A stretch of DNA of 62,306 nt, the filler included, from Choristocarpus tenellus KU-1152 (taxonomy: Eukaryota; Protista; Phaeophyceae), in assembly GCA_964200185.2 (NCBI GenBank). It is 10 parts of 10 records of this genome, joined end to end, with 100 filler letters (N's around TTAATTAATTAA, not from the genome) between each part and the next. Parts side by side here need not be neighbours in the genome. Positions count along the whole stretch, not along the records: positions 5,087 to 19,601 come from CAXNAD020001170.1; positions 19,702 to 29,242 come from CAXNAD020003594.1; 8 more parts are not named here. The stretch is one strand, 5' to 3'. Made by a program: the position numbers and the translations under genes. The notes below the pieces were generated by a model. That model saw only the letters and a program-made list of their open reading frames with translations. It was not told the origin of the DNA and ran no database searches. Shown here piece by piece: positions 13,886 to 25,277 of this stretch (positions are counted from its first letter, which is position 1; the number at the start of each line of letters is the position of its first letter).

Positions 13886-14768
13886 CTTTGGCTTTCGAAC
13901 AGGTGAGAAAAATCTCCTACTCCGCCGACTTGTGACCAGGGGATTACAGACCTAGGCCCAGAAGTCTGAAAATATATGATTTCAACGTCCTTCGACTATC
14001 ACAGGACTTCCTGGGGCGTTTGATTCAGTCAGTTCTATGGACGAACAACTGTGGGGTGTAGCGAAAAAATCACGTGGCCACCAGTGTTTTCGAGAAGGGA
14101 GAAAAAACCATTATAGAACGCCACCCTCCGTTTCTCATTTGCCCTAACCTTAAACACGCCTTCTTCAAAACAGTATTCTGTATTTCGTCACATTTATGGT
14201 ATACCCTCCCATGTCTATTTTTGGAGGACCCAAAATCACTTTTTTTTCTCATATCGAGACCTTTTCAAGTGATGGGAATTCAACGTGGTTTGCCCCTTTT
14301 CGTTGTATCCCAAGAAGGTAGTAGGGAATAAAACATCGTCGGGTTCAGGTGAGGCTATGCCTTGGATTCAGTATCTCTGTCCTTTTCCCACTTTTTTATA
14401 GTATGTGATACCGATCGGTACTGCGGTCTTGACTTACCCCTCCACAATTATCTGGGATTTCACGTGGACATGAAGGTCTGATTTTGTGTGGTTGTATAGA
14501 TGGTACTGTTATGCTACGTTTCCCCAACCTTTGAAGCATATTATATGGAATTGGAATAAGTTATGATATACTGTTGTTGCAGGGACTGACATCTGTTTAT
14601 GAATATGGGGAAGTCTTGTGCAATCGATTCGGAGATGTGTAAGTCTATTGGGGTATAGGTGGTAGAGGTAAGGATATTAATGGACAGTCAAGCCTACCAC
14701 CATCACGAACTCTGTAACTTATCTCTTCAGATCTAAAGGAATTTCTTCTCACAAGCCCGTGCACAACA
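13886..14768. promoter_or_regulatory. Candidate bidirectional promoter / 5' UTR region between DnaJA and Argonaute
   Basis: 883 nt between divergent ATGs and CpG-rich relative to the gene bodies. CACGTG at 14071 and 14461; two-unit HSE-like TTCgaGAA at 14089-14096. Possible AGO 5' UTR intron (donor 14349 or 14639, acceptor 14730). Confidence 0.5.
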
Positions 14769-17700
14769 ATGGCTGATCGGGGCCGCGGGAGAGGCCGAGG
14801 CAGAGGCGACTCTCGGGGAGGGGGTAGGGGGGGTCGGAGTGATCGAGGGGGAGGCCGTGGTGGCGGGAGGGGTGGTGACCGTGGCGGGAGGGGTGGGGGA
14901 AGGGGCGGCGGGCGAGGATTCGGTGGTGGTCAGGAAGACGCACGGTTTCGCAATGTGCCTCAAGTTCGGGAGTAAGTTCGGACCCTTAAGATTCCCTCTC
15001 TTTGATTTTTCATCTTTTGTTTCACGGGCTGAATAATGGTTGGTGGAGTGATGTAAAGGGGAGCGGGAGAAGGGCACGTGGGACGGTACGATGGCCTCAA
15101 ATAGGACGGGATGGTCACCTTTCTAAGGTTACCATCGCGTACGTTATACCCAGTTTTTAAACCTTACTTTCTGGATATTCTTTGTTTTCAATTCTACTTG
15201 GCAACTACAAATTATTATCCAAAATGCAAGAACCATTCGCAGTATGCCTTAACACTTTTCGTCGCATTTTCACTGCTTGTACCTGATTAGATATCTACAG
15301 AATTTCCACGGATAAGGGATCCTCTACTCAAACTCATCTCTCCTCTACACACCTCACTTTGCCTTGCCTGTCTTCCTTTTCCCTCACTCATTTACCCTTT
15401 CAGCATTCCGTCAGTGGAAATCCCAGCTGGGAAGCTAGGACCCAACCCACCACCATCCCAGAACTCCCTGACGGAAACTCCGGTGGGTTAAGACACACCT
15501 GTAACAATAGAGAGGTTCTAACCTTATTACTGGGCTGTTGTCCATCTTGGCGCCATAAGATTGGAGCCAAAGACCTATCTTCCCCCCTCCCCATCTTTGT
15601 TGCCACGTTCGCCTCCTTAGTTATTCATATCTTCAAGTTTTGATAAATTCCTGCATATTCACTATGAACAAACAAAAAAATGCGAAGGATATGGTGTCAC
15701 TTCTTCAATATGTGGTGAGGAGCTCTGTTCTGTCTTGTTAATACACAGCTATACACTATGAGCTGATACCCTCATATTGCATAGTTTCTGTACAACGATG
15801 GTCTGCAGAGTTGTACGTCACAGTAGAGTGTGGATGAAAAGATCGTTACTGCCAATGATAGTCTACATACAATAGGTAGGATGAGAAGTGGATAGGTGTT
15901 GCTAGACAAATCATTTGTGCAGAACATAGAATTATCATTGAACTAGACATCTATCTCTCGTGTCAGCTGGAAATATATATTTCCACATTCTTGAAACTTT
16001 TGCCTGAAGTGACTAGTCAATAGTAAGTATGAAAAGGTATCCTCTATTTTCAACTGCAGTAACAGTACTAGTCATGATATTTCTGACTTCTAACTGTGGA
16101 AGGTGATAAAGTCAATCAATACAGAGTTCTTAAAGAAAGGGGTGAGGGGGGTGTATCCATTCACATTTTTACCTTCACGATTCAGGGTATATCCCCCAGA
16201 CAGCTGTTATTTGAACTTTTGATGCCTCTCGGAAAACAAAAGATTCTCGGCTAGAAGGTTTTGGTCCATCAGAGTTCTTTCCCCCAATTGTTGCTTTTTG
16301 TACTTCTATTGTGTCAGATTGCACAGGTGTACTGTAGTATTGTCCAAAAACTTGGAGCAGACACTCTACAAGCGTTGAACATCCTGACAAGAACCATCTT
16401 AACCTTTTTTTTCTATTTTCCAGAATTGACTTGTTTCCCATCCTCTCCCTCCCTGCCCTCTACCTGACAATCTTAATTATATGTTGCTGTGTATGAGAAC
16501 AGCTGGAGCAGATTATTTTGCCCCGCAGGCCAAACTATGGTGCCAGGGGCAAGCAGGTGATGGTAATGACCAATCACTACAAGGCTGAGTTCAATCCTCG
16601 TCAGGTCCTCTACCAGTATGATGTCAGCCTGGAAGGGTTTGAGAAAACTGCTCTGGTGAGGAAATTTAGACTGGCAATGAATTTGTGCACATTTAATGGC
16701 TTTCTTTTGGAAGGACATGTTTTTGCCATCAATCCCTGATTTTTAGATTTGAGACTAGTTGAAGACCCGTTGCTGGAGTCATTTTTTTACGAAGTTTGAA
16801 CTACAATTTAGCCTTTTGTGTTTTTGTTACAACAGGCTCTTATTTTTGGGGGGGGAGGGGAAGAGGTTAACGGATGAATACATTATGACTATTGTTGTGT
16901 ATCCTCTGGTAGGCCTAGGAAATTTAACTTTAAGTAGCATCACAATATCTTTGTTCAGTGTGCCATTGTTCCTCCTTGCTGTGTTTATTCATTTCACAAG
17001 CAGTGCTCTTTGTCATCCTGCCCTGCCCCTTTATGTTGTGTATTGTCATGTTTTTTGTTGCTGTAGTGTGTAATTATTTATGTCTTAACTCGCAACCCTA
17101 ACCCTAGCCCTACATACCAAGGAAAATTGATCCACAGGATTTTCCCTTTTGAGAGTCCAATTTGAGGAAGAAAAAATTGCACTTGCTGTGAGTGACAATG
17201 GTCCAGCCCTAACCCGTGGTCATGGGCCTGTATTTCATTATCAAGAGATATTTGTGTTTTTGATGTGTCTACTCTACCCAATGTAATGTTTGCTCTGGTA
17301 TTGTGTTTTTAAATTGTTCTGCAAAGATTTTGCACATTTTTTAACTTCTATCATACCATGTTGTAGGTATAGAATGAAACTTTCCACTAATCCTGTTAAG
17401 ATGACATCGTACATGAAAGATGAGTATGCACTTGATTAAAAAAGGATTTTGTTGTGGAAATGTTTTCCAATTCATCACCAACTCACCTCCCCCCCCCTTC
17501 CCTGCTCCAATTCACTGTTGCCCCTGTTGCCATTTAAATGCTGTAGCCTTCGTCCAAGCTCCGCGCCATCTTTAAGAAGTTCAAGGAGCAGCACAGCACA
17601 ACGTCACTGAACAACATTGCCTTCACCTATGACGGCAGGTATGTTTCCATGCTTTGTAACATTACTTTTGGTGCAAATTGTGATGAGCACTAATGCACCT

Positions 17701-19269
17701 TGTTTCTGGTTAGTGTGATGATGGCAAGATGGAGATGTTGAGTGTGCTAGAGTTATGAGGAGGATGTATTTTTCTTTTGTTCCTGATTTTGTTTGTGTGA
17801 TGATGGGATTGTGAAGGGTGACTTGGTTTTTAATCGCTGTGTATGATTTTTTACCTTCAGAAAATCAACTCCATTGTTGGAAATGTTTTAATATCATGGT
17901 CCCTCTCTTCACTGTTCTTGAATCCTTTTTTAGTGTCTGTGTCTCCTGTTGAGGATTCGATTTTCCATCTGCACTGGTTCTCCCTTTCCTGAACTATTGT
18001 AATACTTCCATGTTGTCAACAGGTCAGTTATGATCACAGCTTCTGTTCTTCCATTCCCTCCTGAGGGTCAGTCCTTTGAGGTGGAGTTTGAGCCAGCTAC
18101 AGAGAAGAGAGAGGCAACTGTGTTCACAGTTGTTCTCAAGCAGGTGGCGACTCGGTCACTGTCAGACCTGCAAGACTTCTTTGTGGGGGTGAGTACTGTT
18201 CTAATAAGAGAAGTAAATTATTTTATGTTGAGTAAGGGGAAAATCATGTTTTTTTTTGTTGAAGATTTTTTAACTTTTGTTTTATCGTCTTAACACCTTA
18301 CCTGTGAACCTTACGGTACAGACTGCGTTTGAGACTGCTTGAAGCGTTGAACAATGTCTTAAGATAAATTGAACCTGCATTGAAGTTTAGTCTACTTATT
18401 TCTTCATTGCTGTTGATATGCCTAATTTGAAGAGGCTGTGAGGTTGGTAATGAGGAGTCACTGGTATGCTTAGAGTTGATTCCTGACCCTATTAGCACAA
18501 CGCTCGATTGAAGAATATGGGAAAACACACTCTAAATATCAGGTCATCTCTCTCTCCCCTTTGACATTCTTGACAATTTTCCTCGATAAATGTCAATGAA
18601 CAAAGGAGAATAAACTTTAGATTTGGTGCATGGTGGTGGGGGACAGAAGGTTATGTTTCTCCTGCCGCTTAGAATTATTTTCTTTGTACTTGTACAGGCA
18701 CCACTCTTCCTACCCCCACCTGCCCCATCCACATGGATGTAGAAGTGGCCGTAGCACCTTATTTCATGGCCCATCACCACCTAGCCAAACCCTAGCATTT
18801 TGGTTCTCTTCAGTTTGCCAAAGAAGCAATTCTCCTTAGTTTCATAGTTGACCCTTGCAACATGCTGTATTTGGGGATTAACCTTGGCACCATCTCTGAC
18901 AAATGATTCTTACGCCATCTAACCTTGGTCTTTGCTCTGTTACTGTATGGGGTGAAACCTTGATGTTCCTTAACTTTACCTTGAGGTGTATTTTTCATGT
19001 TGTCTCCATGTAACAGCAATCATTTGGTTCCTTCCAACCCATGAACCTTTTTTCTTTTCCGCTCCTTCCTGCCCCCCCCCCCTTGCCTCCAGAAATCTAG
19101 TCAAAATGCTTATGACTGTATCACGGCCTTAGATATCTCTCTCCGGCATGCGCCTTCCATGACCCACACATGTGTTGGGCGCAGTTTTTTTACACCAGAG
19201 GATCCACAGAGGATTTCTGGTGGTGCTGAGGTTTGGTTGGGTTACTACCAGTCTCTACGAGCCACACAG
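14769..19269 (+). CDS. AGO: Argonaute protein, 5' part (RGG tail, N domain, linker 1); 3' part lost at contig end
   Basis: Exons 14769-14971, 15404-15482, 16503-16655, 17547-17638, 18023-18188, 19093-19269 splice in frame. Motifs LPRRPNYGARGKQVMVMTNHY, LYQYDV, FTYDGR, ALDISLRH, VGRSFF, GGAEVWLGYYQSLRATQ are characteristic of eukaryotic AGO N/L1 regions. Confidence 0.95.
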
Positions 19270-19701
19270 GTATGGATTTGTACACCGTAGACTCCCTTAA
19301 GGTTAACTTAGGGTTTGTACAAGAGTTGAGGCAGTCTTGTGTGCCGTCACCGACGGTTTGGTTCAGTGGTCTAGATCGGAGCTTGTGTTGCGCAGTGAGG
19401 AGAGATGAAGCCTCTGTGCATCCTTAATAATGTTTTCTTGTTTGTGTATACTGTGCAAACAGGTTGGGGGCGTTTTTCTGTCTGTGGAGGGTTAGACTTG
19501 ATGTTTTTTCTTGGTTTACCCCTACCTTTCACCCACCCCCACCCCCACCCCCTTCCGCTTCAACACAGTTTTTGCACATCTGCTGCTGGTTTTCTCAACC
19601 CNNNNNNNNNNNNNNNNNNNNNNNNNNNNNNNNNNNNNNNNNNNNTTAATTAATTAANNNNNNNNNNNNNNNNNNNNNNNNNNNNNNNNNNNNNNNNNNN
19701 N

Positions 19702-19886
19702 TTGGCTATCGTGTTTGTTAGGAAGTTTCAATATCTATGTTTCGGACACACCTTTTCATAACATACACATTTTATCTACCCCTAAACATTTTGGAGTAGC
19801 AAAATGTAATAAAAAAACCCCAAGGGAAGCCAACCCTCAAATGGACAAACAGGGCAAAACTTGTACCCTCTAAGATACTTTCACTC
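19702..19886. mobile_element. MITE family A, partial (truncated by contig start)
   Basis: Matches family A internal sequence and ends TACCCTCTAAGATACTTTCACTC. Confidence 0.88.
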
Positions 19887-21717
19887 AAAATTATCTACTG
19901 ATTTCTCCATTTTTGACCCAAAGTGAAGGATGATAGGCGCAAGTTAGGACACTTGAATTTAGGGGTATATTTTACCACATTTTTCCCGTACGTATTCATC
20001 CATGCAAACTCTAGCCATTTTACGGATTTTTTTTCAATATTATTGAATTCTTGACCTGTATGTTGAAGTTGCACTTACAACAGAAGCATTAAAGCGTCAT
20101 ATATCACTGACAGTCATGCTGTCATGGATTAATGACATACGAAGCAATGCTGGACCACAAGTGCATTTGTTATCTTGTCAGGTAAGGAAATATATATATA
20201 TATATATAGTTAATTAAAAATCTATTTGAAGTATTTTGTTGGATAAAATGTCGTGCAGACTTCAAAGCGCCGACCTTTGAACAATTGTATCTCGTGCTCT
20301 GCGTAGTGGTACACGGCATTATCATACCCTGTCATAAGCTCAACCTCAACAAACAGGTCAAACGTTCCGTCCCTTATATTGTACAAAAACGGCTAGAGGT
20401 GTTTCCTTTGCTTGTAACACGCGGAGGAATCATGTACATGGCTGGCGAATGTGTCCCGTTAAAGTATAACGCATCTTAACTTCCACCTGACAACTCCATT
20501 TGCGGGAAAAAATGGGAAATTGGTCAGTCAATGTATCACCAAAACAGAGAGAAAGATTGAGGTGTGCTACCCTTTTTGGACTGCAATTTACCGGAATGAG
20601 GACTTGACAGACTCGTGGGACTCTTCTCTTGTTTGTAGACTGCCTTCATACAGTCAGTATTGTATTATTATTGGTAGATTCAGCTGTACATGAGGAGTCG
20701 TACTAACAGGCTTGGTTGTTTTCATTTTAGACACTAGTCATTATTTACCAGCAGTATATACAATAGATTACCAGTCAGTGTGGATGGACTTGGTTTCCTG
20801 TTTCAATTACGTTACAACTATTATTTGATACTGTTCTGGTGGTTGGTGGTGTATCAGAAGGTCTTTGCTAAAAGCAATACAAACTCTGTTCTTGTCCTAT
20901 TTCGGGTATTCTTTGCCTTGTTGTACATGATATATGCGTGTTGTTTGTTCCTTGATTCCCCCACGACATCTACAAAACGTCAGTAGTAGTTGCAGTGGTG
21001 TGGGTAATAATTTCAGCTACTTCGAAGTATTTGTCAACTAAGGGCTCAAAGAATTTATACTTCGAAGCATATTATTTCTATTAATACTTCCTATTGCCCT
21101 CACATTGGGATTGGGTTCTTGCAAACCGTGGTCAGAGATATTGCATGCTACAGTCACTAGTACGTCTCGTATTAACAACTCAACCATTTGTTGGACTATT
21201 AATTCAACTATTGATAAAATAATTGTTGTACCGTATCTGTTCTTACCTGCTTCTCCTGTATGGGTTCAACAATTGTGTTGGTTGACAGTTCATCTCCTCC
21301 CTTGAATCTTATCCTAGACCCACCTCGAAGTTTCCACCTCCATGTTGATCCGGCGTTATGTGGTACAGTTATAGACAGTACAACTCGTTGTTTTTCACGC
21401 ATGGAAGAACAACAGGATCAGAGTTTGTGAGAAGAAGACCGGCATCGAAGGGGTTCGAACTTCCAAAATACATTGTAGGAATAGTAATGTTAACCACCAC
21501 GTACCTTACCTATCTATTATCTTCAATTGGATAAAAATAATCCGGGAGTATTACATTTTCTTTTTTGCTCTTTATCACTTCACATCTATAACAGGAAAGC
21601 CAACAAACTCCTTTGATCAACAAAACTGCTTCAATTGGGTAGGTCTTGGGTTGGATTAATAGCAAGGAATTATAGAAGGCGCAAGCTATTGTCCAACAAA
21701 ATCACTGCGTTGCCGAA

Positions 21718-22932
21718 ATGCATGACTTCTGCTTGACTATCCCATATGGGATGCTAATGGTCTTCGGGGGGATTGTGGGCTTCATTGCTGCAGGTTCCAA
21801 GGCCTCCCTTATTGCAGGGGTAAGATTGGAATGGTCTGTACAAGGGAGTATTTCGTCAGGGCTAGAGCGCACTCTGATGAACTATTACATACATTCACGA
21901 TATACTTGTACCCCCTCATTATTTCGGGCAGGTGTGCAGTGGAGGACTTTTGACTCTGTTCGGCTATGGAGGGTAAGTTGAACTACCAACAACAGTAGTG
22001 GAACAAGTTCGAACGTTGACCAGAAGCGGTAGGCTAGTGTGTCAATGGGTCGAAGGTTGAATTTTTTTTTTTGCACACTCGACTATATTCACATCCTCTC
22101 GGAATCTGCGTAGCTTGAATTTGAGCTGGACTTGACTCCTTTGCGTGTTGGTTGGAGACATCTGCATTAATCATTTTATTTCCTAACTGCCGCATTTCAT
22201 CCTCCCCTCTTTCCGCGTCGTCGCAAACCTTCTCTACTAGGTACGAAGAATATAAACGGAGGTGAGTCGTGGGTGTCATGTGGGATGGTCGATCCAATTT
22301 TGAAGGCCTTGCCACTACAGCCCCCAACACATACCGCCCAAAGGCACCACAACAGTCTCTTGCCCTTGCGAGAGACACTCTACTCTGACAGTGACCGCCG
22401 TGATATACCCGATTTTGTTTGTCGTTGTTTTCTCTATGCAATCCACGTCATACTTTCCACTTTTCATTCTGAGACACTTTCCCGGTACCGCCGATCATTT
22501 ACAGGAATGGACAAGTATCAGCATTGTGGACTGTTGCATCACTAGGTGAGATGAATAGAAAAGATTTTCGTGGAGGCCGAGATAGAAATAACATAATAAA
22601 TTGGGTGTGGTATATATCCATGGTTGCAGGAAAGATGGTGGCATCCATTCAGTGTCATGTACCTCATTTGCCCGTCATAGTATTATCGGTTAGTGAGTGT
22701 GACTAACTATACCTACTCTCATTGTCCCTCACTGTGCATGCTACCATTTTCTGTTTCCTATTCTCTGGCAGTCATATCCAGCACCATTGGGGTGATGATG
22801 GTTATGCGGGTGAACAAAACTGGGAAGTTCATGCCATCAGGGCTCATTGCTGGGTTATCAGTAGGAATGTCGCTCTTCTACTGCTTTAAGCTGGCCAAGA
22901 CCTCATCCAAGGCAGCGCCTAAGAAAGCGTGA
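21718..22932 (+). CDS. TMEM14: TMEM14 / fatty-acid-export (FAX)-family small membrane protein, complete, 5 exons, 121 aa
   Basis: Exons 21718-21819, 21932-21972, 22241-22261, 22505-22545, 22772-22932 splice in frame. MHDFCLTIPYG..GGIVGF..GSKASLIAG and KTGKFMPSGL are family signatures. Confidence 0.9.
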
Positions 22933-25277
22933 TATTTGAAGAAACATAGATTTTTGTGGACAGAAAGGAGGGAAGGGAAGGAGAGGGTATATTGTGTGCC
23001 GTGATATCTAGTCAAATACTAATATTAGGGATAGTTGAGCAGACTGCCTGACCAGGTTGCTTGAAAACCCACTGTGGGTTCACATCTCGCTCATACTACA
23101 GTGATTTGTGGTTAGCATGATCTAGGCAAATTGAGCGCACAGAACTACAATATTCTCAACACCCTGCTAGGCGTTTTTTTTTTTTTTTTTTTAATTTTGA
23201 AGAGAAAATAAGTCGCAACTGATGTTGTGTTTCTTTGTTGTTCATCATGGTGTCACACACAGTGCTTAGAATAATGTACAATCCATATCCAGACAATAGA
23301 AATTATCCGTCAGCAGCTAGGCCAGCAATCTGACACTGAACTGTAGTGGACGGAAGCTGCAAGGCAGTAACACATTGGGAAATAGTGTACATATTTGTGG
23401 CGAGAGGCAGAGGTCTATACTTTGATCATGGGACATCCAAGAGGGAAAAAAGAGGGATTCTGTTGGGTTAACCATCTAAGCAACTCTAACATTTCAGACC
23501 GTTTTTTCAGACAAATAGGCAGAATAAGTTCAAGTCAAGTGGGTTGATAGATAAACTTTATCTGAGCCTTTTGTTTGCTGTACTTGATACTCTTTTGCAT
23601 CACTCTTATTTCTTCCATATTGCACATGGTATCAAAATTTGTGTTCTTTTTTTGTTGGTCTTGCTGAGTAGAATACCATCGAACCAAATGTGAAGATGGC
23701 TGGAGCCAATGCCAGGAACATGATATTGCAAGTGGCAGGTGCGATGTGGACCAGGCACCTTAGTGGGTTCCCACCACTGTGGACCTATTGCTCAGTGGTC
23801 AACTGGAGACCCAAGGTCTATGAGCAGTGAGGCAGTCTTGACTTACCTCTGTGCCTATTCTACTAGTCTCAGCAGCACCATCCAAGTTCTTACTGGCTGA
23901 GAGGATCGGCTGCTGACCCTGTATCCCATGCTTCAGATGTAATGATTCCACTATATTGATAGTCCTGTTAGTATTAATATTTGTAATAGGTCTCCTATAT
24001 GTAGTCATCCTCGGCAAGATGAGACGAGGTTTTCTATGCACTGACAAAGTTGCATGCTCCTTTGGACTCTGTGGTGGAGTACACGATGGGAATGTTAATG
24101 TGATGTACTTTGGTACTACATGCAGCTCACATCTGTGCTTCATTGTGCACTAGTGATAGGCAACTCTGGGGATTGGTGGTTGGATATCATATTTGAACAT
24201 TGACCATCGTGTGCGCAATGACTTCAACTGCTGAAATCCTTTATGGGTGCCCCCAAAAAGAGGGTGAGGGTGCAACCCCCCTGCAAACATTGCAAGTGGC
24301 AGATGTTCCTGTTGATGTAATACATCTGATTGGTCAAGGGGAGTTGTAAACAGGTGCTGATTGGTCAGTTTCCAACACGACACCCCTCCAAACGTAATTC
24401 ACTGTCCCCCAGGTCTGAAATAATAGAATTGAAAACGAGCACATTCCTGTCCTGTCATGGGTAAGAAACGACACCCCCCTATCTCGAAGACTCTCTGGAA
24501 TGGAATTGAGGGTGTATTGAGCCAGTTCATGTGCCCATGTTCTTTGAGTCAAAACACGACAGTTGCAACCTTTGTGGCACAGGGCACCTACGGAGAATTG
24601 TACTCTCAAGCACACGAGTATACGCTGGTGGAGTGTATGGAACTAGTTGCATGAATTTATTTCGAAGTTTTTGCATCCTGTTTAGTAATCCTAACCTAAG
24701 GTCATACCACAGCATCTCCATTCATTCTAATCGCTTGACACTGCTATGTAGAACCTCTAGTAGGGCCATGTATCACAGGCCAATGATCATGTATCGTATG
24801 AAAGAGTTAAGTGCCTGCTGGACATGCTTGAGTGCACAATGAGCGTTCAGTATAGGGGTCTACCTGTCCTTGACTTGTTGTTCCTATTGCTTTTGTAATA
24901 GCAGCACCTTTGGTGTTTTCACAACCAAACAGGCTATTGCAGTGAAACAGGTGTTGTCACTCAAGTCTTTTATTGATATTATTGTGCAGTTTGGAGCCCA
25001 GTACAAGAGAATATAGTACCATGTAAATTGGTGGGAATATTCTAAGGATGTCATCATAGTAGTACAGCTAAATGTCAGTTGTGCTGAAACAGTATCATCA
25101 ACAACACAGTAATCAGCTATGGTTAGTCTATCCTTACTCTATACAAGCACACCAAGAAACATTTTAAGAAATCCTATTGCAGTTTCTGCACCTGAGCAGC
25201 AATGTAACCTACTTCGCAAGTGCCACACGCACATTGAGTAGGATCACTCCTTCTCCGGATCATGCCTCTAGCCTATT

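Noticed and set aside
19340-23100. tRNA/SINE-like boxes (TGGTTCAGTGG at ~19359, GGTTCGAAC at ~21452, GGGTTCACATCTC at ~23076)
   Set aside because: Isolated A- or B-box-like strings without a cloverleaf or a correctly spaced partner box.
23700-24900. Possible decayed retroelement between TMEM14 and the J-domain gene
   Set aside because: Coding-like texture, but I could not identify any RT, endonuclease or integrase motif.
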